From Guillardia theta CCMP2712 (lineage: Eukaryota; Protista; Cryptophyta), in contig NW_005434608.1 in NCBI RefSeq assembly GCF_000315625.1, forward strand, positions 319,747 to 383,746: 64,000 nucleotides of DNA, in the 5' to 3' direction. Each line of letters opens with the position of its first letter. Position 1 is the stretch's first letter. The position numbers and the translations under genes were made by a program. Shown in pieces: positions 1 through 12,407 of the stretch. The notes beneath the pieces are model-generated. The model had not been told where the DNA came from and did no database searches. It saw nothing but the letters and a program-made list of their open reading frames with translations.

Positions 1-2684
1 AGGGAGAGGGAGAGGGAAGGAGAGAAGAAGTGGCAAGGAAGGGAATAGAAGGTGTCAAGGAAAAGGTAGTCGACCGGTTCCGAAAGAATGTCCCACTACA
101 CAAGCTCTGTATAGAGCAGGTGAGAGAGCGTTGGGACATCCTATCAATGTCTCCCTTTCCCTCCCCCCCCCTCCTCCCTTCCTCTCCCTCCCCTCCTCTC
201 CCTCCTCCCTCTCCTCTCCCCTCCTCTCCGTCTTCACTCCTCGCTGCTCACTTTCGATAATTGAATTTGTGAAGGACCTCTTGAATGCTGTCGACAACCT
301 GCACAAAAAAATCATTCCAGCTTTCCACACGCTTCCTTCCTCCCCTCCCCCTTCCTCCTCTCCCCTTGTCTCCTCCCCTCTCGCTCCTTCTGCTGTCTTC
401 CTCCCGTGCTGCCGTTCTCTTTCTCCTCCTCTCCTCTCTCCTTCGTCCCTGTCCTCAGCTCACACTCACCTCATCGGGGTTCGGGATGGAGCTGCAGATG
501 CGCATGGAGATGAAAGGAAGATGCGCGAGGATGATGGTCGGGTCCTGTTGAGCAATCAAGTCAATGGCGGCACAGACAGGAGAGACAAGCAAGAAGCGAG
601 AAGAGGAGAGGGAGACAGGCAGAGACAAGAAAGTAGCAACAGCAGCACAACAGCAAAGCATGAGGCGGACGAGGACGAGGACGAGGGCGAGGAAAAGGAC
701 GAGGACGAGGACAAGGACGAGGAGGGAGATGGGGAGGAGAGAAACAAGGATAAAGACGAAGAGGATGAGGACGAGGACGAGGAGAGGGAGAAGGGGAGGG
801 GGAGGTCGATGAAGTGGTCGGAAGAGCAATCGCAGATGCAGCGTCCACCTCCTTAGTGAGCAGATCAACAAGAGGGATGTAAGGAAGTACGCCGATGCCT
901 GCAAGAGCATCACTGATGATGGAGGGCAGGCAGCTAGAGCAGGACCGATCCCATGCAGGAACAAGATCGGTGTCTCCTCCCCTGACTTCTCTCCCCCTTC
1001 CCCCCCGCGCCTCGCCCTCCTCGAAAGCTTCACGGAGAACATCAGCTTGCCTGCAAGAATGCGTCAGACGAGCTCATAAGTCGCTCGCTCCTCTCGACCT
1101 GCCCTCACTGTCCTGAACCCTCTCGCTCTCAGCAGGCAGCTTGTGATCGGGTTCACCAACAGGTGCATCGCTGCCGCCACGTCATCGCCCCAACTCGCTT
1201 CCCTGACCTCCCTCACCAACGTAGACGAACAAAGGAATGTGCCCTGACTTGAAGGGCTCCAGGGAGAAATGCCTGGCAGCCCATGTCATTCGCTGCCTGG
1301 TATGAGGAAGAGAAAGGTCGGGAAGACGAGGACCAGGAGGAGGACCAGTAGGCAGAGCAGGAGAGGAGGAAGGAGAGGAGAAGGAGAGGAGAAGGAGAGG
1401 AGGAGGAGGAGAAGGAGAAGAAGGAGGAGAAGGAGGAGAAGGAGGAGGAGCATCACCCCAGTCGCAGCGGTTCGCTCCCTTCCCTCCTTAACGGGAACTC
1501 GTGCCCGCACGCTCCTTCCAGCTGCCCCAGCATCCTCGCCACCTGCCGCCTCGCAGTGAGCTGAAAGATTCTTCCTCCACTCACCTTCGCTCACTTCTGC
1601 CTTGTCTTCCTCCTTCAAGTCTCTCTGCAACTTGCCCCAAAACCCCCAGGAGATCAGCCCCAGGACGTCCTGCGACAAGGGCCATCGTGAGAAATGGAGG
1701 CGTGTGGAGATGATGGAATGAGACAACAAGGGATGAAGCATTCACGAAAACAGATAGAAAAGAATTCCCCATTCACAAAATGAGACAATGGGGAAGGAAG
1801 GATTGACGAGAATGCTGCTCCTGGTTGCTATCTCCTCACCTCCCTTGTCACAGACTCGAAACAGCGACAGTCGTGAAACCAGCCAGCGACAAAACTGCAG
1901 GACAAGTCAGGCGCGCGAGGAGATGATAGCCCGTCTCTCGCCTCCGCAGACAAGGAGACCATTTAAGGCATCTCCCCCAGAGCAACTAGCAGCCCTCGTC
2001 AGGTTCCCTCCTGCCCTGACACCGCAAACAATCACGATTGGACCTGCCGCTCGTCGCGCGTCATGAGGGGAGGGTTGGCGACGGGATCGAAGCGCCGCTT
2101 CTCGCTGGGAGGAAGGTTGAGAGGAGCATTGCGGTGAGAGAGGGAGACTTGTTTTGCAACCTGTGAGCAAAGATGTACCATGACATCTCTGATACCGCCC
2201 AAAACTCAACCAGGCGACAGGCTGCCTGAAGCAGCGGGCTGACAGCCGATGTGATCAGAATGAAAGTCAGCAAGGTGACATCTCACCTTGTGAGAGAAGA
2301 GACAACATGATGGTCGAAGGCAACAACTCCTAGGAAGCTCTGGTGTGACAAAGAAAAGTCACCCCCGTCCCTCCAAGTTCTTCGCCAATCGCACCAGGCT
2401 TGCCGCCGCTCCCACGCGGTAATCGAGGATGATGCTGATCAGATTCCTTCCGAACTTTGTCCTGCAGTCAACACGCGGCACGTCATCGCTGTGATGGCTG
2501 AGGGTGCAACACTTGATCACCAGCTCCTCCTGAACTTGGTGCAGATGCCGCAGAACTGCCGCAGTTCGCACTTGCACTCGTCGGGAGGAATCATGCTGGC
2601 GCATCGATCGTCAGCACTCATTCTTCCTCTCGTTGATGATCATCACATCTTTGAGCTGCTTGCTCTCGACATTCCGCTGACCAT
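1..2684 (-). CDS. alpha/beta-hydrolase fold protein, multi-exon, 3' end runs off the window
   Basis: Minus-strand exons give PILFLHGIG (~975-945), HLPFISMRICSSIPNPDE (~520-470) and the nucleophile elbow ACVVGHSFGT (~107-77, between AG and GT sites). Upstream exons give VEFWAVSEMSWYIF and LISWGFWGK. The ATG at 2684 is tentative. Confidence 0.65.
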
Positions 2685-3604
2685 CTTGAGGTTCTGCTGG
2701 CGGCTGGTCACTCAATGGGGGCCCGGGCCTGTCACACCAGAGTCACGTCTCTTGGATGGGCGCGTCTTCCTATCCGGTTGATCAGTGCTTTGTTCTCAAA
2801 GAGCGCTTCTAGTATGCCGTTCATGAGACAACCTCAGCCATGGAGACTTTATCTTCGTTTGATGTCACCTTTCCAGTGTACATGCCCTCACCGCCTCCTC
2901 CGGATACTGTACCAGCTCTCTCTCCCTACCCTGCTCAACTTCCTCTTATTTCCTCACATGGGATCTCTTTCTCATAATGTCTTCAACCTCCTGTATCAAA
3001 CCTTCCTCTTTGCCCGTATGAACCTGCTCCTTCTCCCTCCGCTCTCCCTCCTTCCCCTGCCGCCATCCCGTCTCGTTCATCTACTTTTATATACATTTTT
3101 AAATATCGAAAAGACGTCTTTCTGTGTTAGGCTACACCCCAAGATATCGTAACCCTGCTAGCCCACCCCTCAATCACCATAGAAAAGGACCCCTACTGAC
3201 CCCTATATCCTGTGGATGCCGGAAGTTGCAGGGGGCGGGACCTGGGGTTGAAACTTACCCCTTTAAATTTCGTAATTTCATCTTGAAATTTGAAACTTTG
3301 AAATTCAGTTGCGTGCCAGCCGGATCTGGCCCTTGGACTAGAAGAGTCACACCGGTGACCGGGGCCCGGCGAAGTTCACAGGCCGAGGCCGCTCTCAGTG
3401 ATATTTCTTTTCTTGTTGCCTGTCAAAGTTGAAAACTTACCAGCGGCGTTCTGGGCCAGCGGCGTGTCGGACTGTACGGCAAGTACTGACAGTGACGATG
3501 GTGATGGAGACGATGGCGGCGAAGGCGAAGAAACAGGAGGAGGAGGAGAAGGAGGCCCGGAGGAGGAGGAGAGAAGTTCACTTACCAGCATCGAGAAGAG
3601 CGAC

Positions 3605-5948
3605 ATGAACAAGTCAGCTTACTGGGGAGACAAAAGCGTGTCTAGCGAATGCTGCAGCATCCATCCGGAAGATCTCGATTATGTAGCTGAGCTGGAGAAG
3701 GAGGAGAAGGAGAGCCAAAGGCTTGGCTTATCCTTTAGTTCGTCCCTCAGCCAGAACCCGGAGCAGGCCACGATATCCAACACCCTCCCTCCTCTCTCGC
3801 CTACTGGGTTGCCTGGGCTAACGACTTACATTTCTGGCCTCTCCATCGGTGAACAGCAACGCCGATGCAAACTTCCTTCTCCTCGTAACTTGGCATGCAG
3901 GTGAACCGGCTGACCAGGACGTGCAGGGCCTTCCAAACTTCTCTTGCCCTCCTCCGTCTTACCCTCCTCCCCCCCGTCCTCCTCTGCACGCACCCCAATC
4001 AGCGTTCTCTCGATCCCCATCGGCCCCTTCCACCTCCATCTTTGTGCCCCCTGTCGCTCAACCTCAGGCTCGTCCTCCTCCTCGTGCCCCCTCTGCCCCT
4101 CAGACTTCAGCCCCTGCCCCCTCTCACAAGCACACCTCAGCTCCTGAACCAGGTTCTCCTCCTATTTCTCCTCCTCCCCCTCCCCCTCGGCACAGGCAAG
4201 GCAAAGCTACTGGGAGCATGTGGCAGGAGCCGCAAGCTGAGGGTTCGGGAAAAAACAACCCGTCTTCTATCGCAGGGAAGGCGAGGGCGTTGACCTATGA
4301 AACACAGGAAGAGCCTGCAAGGCAAGTTGAGGTAGTGAAGTCAAGGACCACGGGCAGAGCTCGTCTTGTGACGACTTGATGCAGTTGCAAGACGTGGGGA
4401 GGAGCTGCTCAGAGAAGGAAGGGAGCAGAGCAAGAGAGGAGGGCGCAGAGGTAGCGGGAGACGGGCTGCCGTCGTTCCAAGTTTTCTCCCCCCCTGGAAG
4501 CAGCAAGCTCCAAGAGCGATCGAAACCATCGCTCCTCCATGTCTCTCCCATCCTCCGCAACTTCGTCGGGGACGACATGCAGCGTACGGAGAGCGCACGA
4601 GTGTTCCATTTCGGCGCGTCTTCTAGGGCTTTGGGGCGTCCTCTGGCGTTGGGCAAGTCCAAGAAGATGCTGGAGGAGGTGGAGGAGACAAAGGAGAAGA
4701 TCGCTGAGAAGATGCAGAGGGACTTAGGGATCTCCGATCACAAGATGCAGGTGGCCCTCGAAGAGTTTCAGAGAAAGAGGATGGAGCTATCGGCGTCCCT
4801 GCCCAACTGGGGGGACACTCCGATCCTGCTGCTGGCAGGTGAGGCTGAGCGGAGAGAGGAGAGGGAGAGAAGAGAGGAGGTGGTGGACGTTGGATGAAGA
4901 GTCAGGGGGAGGAAGGGAGGCAGGGGTTGAGAGAGTAGAAGGGGAGGAGAAGTGCGGGATGGGGAGGGAGGGAGGGAAAGGAAGCGAGCGAGAGAGCGAA
5001 AGGGAGGGAGGGAGGGAGGAGGCAGAGGAACGTTTGTAGATCGAGTGTAACAGGACATTTGCAGCATGCCTTGGCTACGTTGAGGTCATCCTACAGCTCT
5101 GCAAGCAGGATGCCGACATGAACATGAGGGATGTATGGGGAAGGACAGCGATGATTGCCGCTGCGACACACCTTCCTCCTCCTCTCTCCTCCCTCAACAC
5201 CTCCGTCTCCTGCCTGCAGAGGAGGCTCATCTGCATTCGGGTTCTGAAGCAGCTGGGGGCAAACGAGCAGCTGCAGGACGAGGAGGGGAACACAGCGCTG
5301 CATTCTGCCAGCTCTGACGGCTTCCTGGAGGCCGTCGCCCTGCTGCACGAGCTTGGATGCCAAGTAGACAGGAGGAACGAGGAGGGAAACACGAGTATGA
5401 TGCTGGCGGCTGGAGCAGGACGAGGCCCCGTCGTCTCGTACCTGCTGGGAGTCAGAGGGGACGCGAGCTTGAAGAACGCGTCCTCCTGTACCGCCGTCAT
5501 GCTCGCCGCAGCAGCAGGACATGAAGACTGTCTGAGGAGGCTAATCTACTACGGTTCGAGGACGGAGGTCGTGCGGGGGCCCGTGAGGAACCTGTACGAG
5601 GTGGAGGAGGTGGAGGAAAGAGGAACGATCCGCGTGCGGCTGCAGTCGTCGAGCTTCACGTTGGAGAAGGCGGAGGACGCTTGGCGGGTGAACTTCGCAG
5701 ACAGGCAGCAAGTGACAAGGAAGGAGATGTTAAGGTACCTCAAGGCCAACGACCCCAAGAGCTCGCGACGCATTCATGGCGATCAGGAGATCTTTACGTT
5801 TGAGGTGCTTGAGTTGTGCTGCCTTGCCGCTCCGAACCCTCTCGTCTATCTCTCCTCCTCTCCACTCCTCTCCTCTCCTCTCCTCCTCTCCTCCTCAACT
5901 CCCCATCGTGAGCCCCAGCTTCTTCGGCTGTTTTACACATCTGTTTGA
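3605..5948 (+). CDS. ankyrin-repeat protein with Pro-rich low-complexity N-terminus
   Basis: Spliced reading gives WGDTPILLLA|ACLGYVEVILQLCKQDADMNMRDVWGRTAMIAAA, EGNTALHSASSDGFLEAVALLHELG, EGNTSMMLAAGAGRGPVVSYLL and TAVMLAAAAGHEDCLRRLI. Introns at ~3849-3900, ~4331-4384 and ~4839-5084 are phase-compatible. The frame is open upstream to ~3400 without an ATG, so the true start is uncertain. Confidence 0.8.
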
Positions 5949-8162
5949 TGTCGCTTGATTTGGACGCACGAGCTTCAATCTTCCTTAGCGTGTTATCTAC
6001 TTTCTCAATGACAGCCTTCGTGTACATGGAAGGCTTCCCGCAAGTTGCCGGGCTGATATCTCCGTTTCAAACTGTCCGTGCCCTGACCGTACCTACGATG
6101 ATTGAACCTGACGGAACATGTCACACCACACAGAACAAGAGTTCATGCTCATCAACACATCCCCATCATCACGCTCCGTATCGCAAGGTCGCATTTCAAA
6201 AGAACATCACAAAATCTAGTCGTAGGACCATTCCGCGATCATCCCCTTGAATTGCGCCTCATGCGCCCCTGGGCACTAATACACCAAGACTCCCAATCTC
6301 ATCCTTGCTCCTCTACCCTACCTCAACCCCCTCCTGATCCAACACATGCATGATAATGTTCATCGATCAAGATTTCCACATCCTGCTCTTGTTCCTCCTC
6401 CAGCCCCTGACCCTCATTGTCTTCTCTGCTGCCTATCCATGCCCGCCATGCCTTGCCCGCCAATGGTTTAAGACTCCCGCCCCTACCCCCTGCCCACACG
6501 TACCACCCCAACCCCATGTCCAGAAATACCCCCCAGTCACACCCTACCCCTCAACACAAAATTCACCCATATCTTACCTACTGAACATATCACAATTCCT
6601 AATCTGGATGATAGTGAATTGGCATAACCATCATATCTTCACCGAATGAGATGAGTACCTACCACTGCCCATCTACACCCCTACCTCCCACCTGAGAACC
6701 CCACCTTTCTTTCCACTGCGTGATACGACCCCCTCACCCTGAAACAACTGAAACACCCTACCCTTTCGGACTAAAATGACAACCCTCCCTACCCCACCTC
6801 AAAACCACCCCTACCCCTGGTGAATGTGGTCGTGGTGGTCTGACACCTACTGAACTCTAAGCAGTCAAGGTAGACTTTCTTTCTAGTGACTACTATGAAC
6901 ATTTGGGATAGGGTCTTTACCTTGAACTGTGCTGCACCACCCTACCTCAATTTTTACCTACCAGCGTATCCAACTGATGTCATAATTGATGACCCCCTGG
7001 CTGCCTTGACTCCTTCATCGCTTCACCAAACTTGCACATGGTCTACTATTGCCCTAAAGATGACCGATCATATATTAATTCCAGTCAAGAAAAGCACTAT
7101 CCCCTTACCCTTGGAGAAATCCCAACTATCATGCAAAAAAAATGAAGACATGGGGGTACTATGCCTTTTATGGCCATTCAAAAGGACCCCCACTGGAGAG
7201 CACATATAATCACCCCCACCCCCACCTTCTCAACAAGTCAACCACCCCTACCCCCCAATTGAAACAAGTGGAGAAGTGACCCTAGATGCAGCCACTACCG
7301 TAGATTTTAGTTAAAGAGCTGGTCTACCATGGACCCACCCCGTCTCCTTCAACTGAGGCAGTAGTGCCCTACATCGGAAACTGCCCAGGGGACACTCTGT
7401 AGTCGCAAGGGTAGAGTTGGGAAGGGGGTGAGGGTACCTTCACTACGGGTTACAAATAGGTGAAGTCTTGAAAAAAGGGGTGATTTGCCTATTTTTTGCC
7501 TATTATATGGAGGGGTAGGAAATACTTTAGGGGGGTCATGCAACAGTTGTGTAGTCAAATACAGGGTCCGTGATGCATTTCAAGAAAACCTGAAGCAATA
7601 AAAGGGGTGGAGGGTGGTACTTCAATTTCGATGAAATAGAAGGTCAGGTGTGGGTGGGGTAGGTGGTGATGGGGTGGAAGCCCGATGCATCCGCTCGGTT
7701 TTAGATATATATGTTTATTAAGTGGTAAATTAATATTCTATAATAGTACTGATGAGGTGATTTACAAATATGAAAGACCAAATAACAATATTATTAAAAT
7801 ATTCTGGTACATCGTGCAGGGCCAGCACCCTGTGGCAGCACAATGGGGGGTCATTTATAACATATTGTATACCAAACGCTGTACTCTAGGTCAGGAGATC
7901 GCGATCTGGCTTTTTCCCACTTCTACCAGATCGCGATCTCCCCATACAAAACCATCTTTTCCCAATAATACTATTTTAAAACGAGGGTGGCATCGTGGCC
8001 TGGTGATGCACGCGAAAGTCCAATATAGGGGCCCGGGGCCGCCCAGCCGATAGCGGATCCGAGCGTGCCATCACTCAACAGTTCCTCTCACTGATTTTTA
8101 ACTTAACTTTGAGTAAAGATTAAAGTACCAAGGAAGGATTTTTCATTGCACCTGATCCCGGC

Positions 8163-11100
8163 ATGGCGGCGGCCGTCAGGTTGAAGGTAAGCTATGTTGG
8201 AGGGCAGGAGGCAGGAGGCAGGAGGCAGGAGGCAGGAGGCAGGAGGCAGGAGGCAGGAGGCAGGGGGATGGAAGCGGGCTCGTGTGGTAAGATGTTGGAG
8301 GATACTAACTAGGCCGCAGCTCTGGTTGCTGGTATTGGCTGTCTTGCTCCAATACTCGCAGAGGGTGAGCTCAGCCAAGAATGTAGCTCAAGCTCCGAAG
8401 CCAGTGCTTGGGAGGTGACTCCACTGTCTACCTGTTGCCATAACACACGATGCTTCTTTGTGCTGTTTATGTTGTCTGCCAGCAATGATAGTCATGGATA
8501 ATATACACGGCAGGCCTGGCTCAAACTTGAAGGCTGGCCTCGTTGGGCTCCCCAATGTTCTGAAATACCCTGCTTGCGTCATGTTACAATATGACAAGTG
8601 TTTGAAGGTGGGGAAGTCGTCGTTCTTCAATGTCCTGTGCTCGATGGAGGTCCCAGCGGAGAACTATCCGTTCTGTACGATAGATCCTTCAGTCAGCAGG
8701 GTTGGCCTGCCTTTTACGATTGTCTTCTGCTGACTTGTCTTGTTGAGGTTGAGATACCCGACGAGAGGTTCGACTGGTTGTGTGAGCATTTCAAGCCGCA
8801 ATCCCGCGTCAGACAGTTCTTGCAGATAACGGTGAAGAAGAAGTGTTCGGAGGATGAGAGGAGGAGGATCAGGGGTAGGGCAGGGGGCAGGGGGCAGGGG
8901 GCAGGGGGCAGGGGCAGGAAGATGGAGATGGGAGAAGATGGGGGGGGGGCGAAGGAGGAGGAAGGAGGAAGGTTGGAGAAAGGAGGTGGAGAGAAGGATG
9001 AGGACGCTGTTGCTGGCAGTGATAGAGTGGAGGAGGATTTAGAAGGCTGACATCAAGGGCTGTGTGCAGGACATTGCTGGGCTTGTGAAGGGAGCGGCGG
9101 AGGGGCAAGGGTTGGGAAACGCTTTCTTGTCGCACATTCAGGTGCTCTGCAACCTGTGGGAATGTCAGCTTGCTCTGAGAGTTGAACAGGCTGTCGATTG
9201 CATATTCCATGTTGTCAGAGCTTTCGATGACACGGAGATTGCGCATGTGGAAGACAGTGTAGACCCTGTTCGTGACCTGGACATCATCTCCAAGGAGCTG
9301 ATCCAGAAGGACTGTGAGTGGTGCGATCGGAGGCTGGACACTGCTCAGAAGAAGGCAAAGTTGGTGAAGGGAGGTGAGAGGAGGAGAATGTGGCAGGGAC
9401 GATGGTCAGGATGATGTTGATGATTTGGAGATGAAGGACCTTGAAGATGATGTGAAGAGTGGTGGTGATGGGTGTGGTGGTGAAATTTTACATGATGATG
9501 GAGTTGGTTGAGATGATGGTGATTGCGATGATGACGATTATGGAGAAGAAGACGATGACCATGGTTTTAGGAGCTTCATCTCCAGAACAAAAAGAGCTGC
9601 AGATGCTCATGAAAGTAAAAGAGCATCTTTCTCAAGGTCAGTCCTCCGTCGCTTTTCCCCCTCCCTCTCCTCCTCTCTTCTCTCCTCCTCTCTTTCCTCT
9701 TCTCTCCTCCTCTCTTCTCTCCTCCTCCATTCTTGCCTCCTCCTTATCACTCACTCACCCACTATGCATCAGGAAAGAACATCCGAGACGGCGACTGGTC
9801 TCCAGCAGAAGTCGAGCTGCTCAACACGATGCAGCTCTTGACCGCGAAGAGAAGCATCGTGCTGATCAATCTGAGCGAGCAAGACTACGTAAAGAAGAAG
9901 AACAAATGGATCCCCAAGATCAAGACGTGGGTGGATGAGCATGCGCCTTCCGATACGATCATCCCTGTGAGATGGCAGCAGAGGAGGAGGAGGATGGAGA
10001 GGGTTGGCAGAGTGGTTGCTGAGGAGGACGAGGGAGGGCGGAGTTTGCCTGTGGTTGGGGTTGGGGTGTATAAGGACTAGGAACAGGATGAGTGGAGCCC
10101 AGTGGTATTGTAGGGGATGGAAGGGGAGGGAAGGGGAAAGGAGGAGGGAGAGAGGAGGAGGGGTTGAAGGGGGTTGAAATTTCGATGTTTACTGACTTGT
10201 CCTGCTTGTTTCAGGTCAGTTGCGTGCTGGAGAAGAAACTTGTGTCAATGGATGAGGCGGAGAGGAAGACTTTCTGTGAGAGCAACAGCGTGCAGAGTTG
10301 TCTTACCAAGGTTAGGAGAGTCTTGGAGGAGTTGTTGGAGCAGTTTGACAAGATTGTTTTCTTGTCTCTATCTTGTTTCTCTTACTGCAGGTGATCCATG
10401 CGGGGAAGGCAGCGCTCAACATGCAATGTTTCTTCACTGCGGGAGCAGACGAAGTGAAGGCCTGGGGGATTCAGGTGAGAGGAGGGAAAGACGATTGACA
10501 CGGAATGGAGGTGTCTGCCATCTCTGTGTGACCCCTTGGTAGATCGTTCCTGATGTCTGATGATAAAATTTTCGGTGGCGCAGAGGATAATGGTGGTGGT
10601 AGTACTGCTGATGGTGATGGTGATGGTGATGGTGATGGTGCTGGTGGTGATGGTGGTGACGATTGAGATGATGATTGAGATGATGATGATGATGATGATG
10701 ATGATGCCTTGTTTGCACTTCCCAGGAAAGATTTGATAACCTTTGTAATGTCTACCGTGTTGTGATCAGGGTCGTATTTAACTTCTGCTCTGATTGCGGC
10801 AGGTCGGGACGAAAGCTCCTCAAGCGGCCGGTTGCATTCACAGCGACTTTGAGAGAGGCTTCATCATGGCGGAGACGATGGTGATATCGAGGAGATGAGC
10901 GAATCTCGAGAATTGTTGTCATGACCTTGAAGCCTTGCTGTGTGTTGCGTCTTCCTTTGTTCTTGTTATCAAGTGATATCTTGTGATGCCAATGATGTTG
11001 ACACGGATCACGTGTCAAGGCGTTCGAAGATCTCAAAAGTGCGGGAAGTGTGAACAACGTGAAGACGGCAGGGAAGTACAAAATGAACGGCAAAGATTAT

Positions 11101-11508
11101 GTGGTACAGGTATGGAGGGATGTTCTGGATCCTGTCATTACCCTCCTTCTCCATCATCAACTTCTTCTCTTCCACCTCCTTTGTCAGCCTTTCCTTCTAT
11201 CTTACAAAACCCCGCCCCCCCTGAATTCGTGCCCCTGCCTCGGTCCCAACTCCTGCTCCTGCCCTGTCCCAACTCCTGCTCCTTCTTCATCACCTGACCC
11301 TGGCCCTGCTCTATCCGCTGCTTTTGCTGTTTGTTCTGCTCCATCTATCTCTTTCCTTCACCCATATCTTATTGCTCTTGATTTGGTCTTTGTGTCTGCA
11401 GGATGGCGACATCATCAATTTCAAGGTTTGACATGTTTGTTGTTGTCAATCGTTGGAGTTGAGTTTGCGATTCAGTTCAATGTGTCACCTCCACAGAAGA
11501 AGAAGTGA
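8163..11508 (+). CDS. OLA1: Obg-like ATPase OLA1/YchF (eukaryotic type) with N-terminal signal-peptide-like extension
   Basis: Spliced motifs: [17 protein letters not shown]|[59 protein letters not shown] (G4), [29 protein letters not shown] and GKDYVVQ|DGDIINFK|FNV. Stop TGA at 11506-11508. Confidence 0.95.
8203..8262 (+). repeat. (GGCAGGA)n heptamer in OLA1 intron 1
   Basis: About 8 tandem copies, read directly. Confidence 0.9.
10590..10706 (+). repeat. (GAT/GGT)n microsatellite, OLA1 intron
   Basis: Read directly. Confidence 0.9.
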
Positions 11509-11651
11509 AGTTGGTAAATCGAAAGAAGTGGAAAAGAGATAAGAGACAGAACAGAACAGAACAGAACAGGACAGGACAGGACAGGACAGGATGACTACGA
11601 GTGAAATTATTTGTACATGTAAAGACGGCAGAAGCTTGACGATAGATCATT

Positions 11652-11977
11652 CTACGAGCTAAAGAGCCGTGATTGCAACCTGTCATGTGAACCCTGACAA
11701 TTCAAGATCGTCAGACATGATCTATGACGATAAGTTACGATTGATGTGAAACCTGAAGCAGGTCGAGGATGGGCGAAGAGGAGACTATCCCGAATGTTAC
11801 TTCCTCCTTGACTTGCCCACCCTCATCCATCCAACCCCACTGCAAGCAGAAGAAAATATCAGCATGTTGATCTTCAATATTGACAACTTCGTGAAGGACA
11901 CCAACCATGTCCTCCTCCTCCTCATCATCATCATCATCATCATCATCACCATCACCATCATCATCATCACCACCATC

Positions 11978-12042
<65 letters not shown>

Positions 12043-12376
12043 GGCATCACCGTCATCATCTCAATCATCATCATCTCAATCATCTCAATCATCATAGTAA
12101 TAATCACCACCACCTCACTGACCTCGTTCTCTTCTTCTTGTCGTATGGTATTCTTTTCCTCCACATTCATCCTCAGCGCATGCAACTCACTTGCAAACTT
12201 CGCCTGCTCCCCTTGTCAGTAACAATATGTGCATTCTTGCTTTAAATCATCCACATCTCCCTCCTCCTCCTCCTCCACCGCCACCTCGTCCTGCTCCTGC
12301 TCTTCCTCCTCTTTTTCCTCCTGCTCCTGCTCCTCCTCCTCTCTTTCCTCCTCCTCCTCCTCAACAACAACAACAA

Positions 12377-12407
<31 letters not shown>

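Noticed and set aside
5794-6027. Minus-strand ORF MYTKAVIEKVDNTLRKIEAR overlapping the ankyrin gene end
   Set aside because: Short, with no convincing upstream exon or motif; cannot be supported.
6480-7350. Interstitial telomeric array (CCCTA-like)
   Set aside because: Copies are dispersed in unique sequence, not tandem; kept as a dispersed motif instead.
8415-11475. In-frame stops as selenocysteine, readthrough or an alternative genetic code
   Set aside because: All stops within conserved genes are removed by ordinary short introns.
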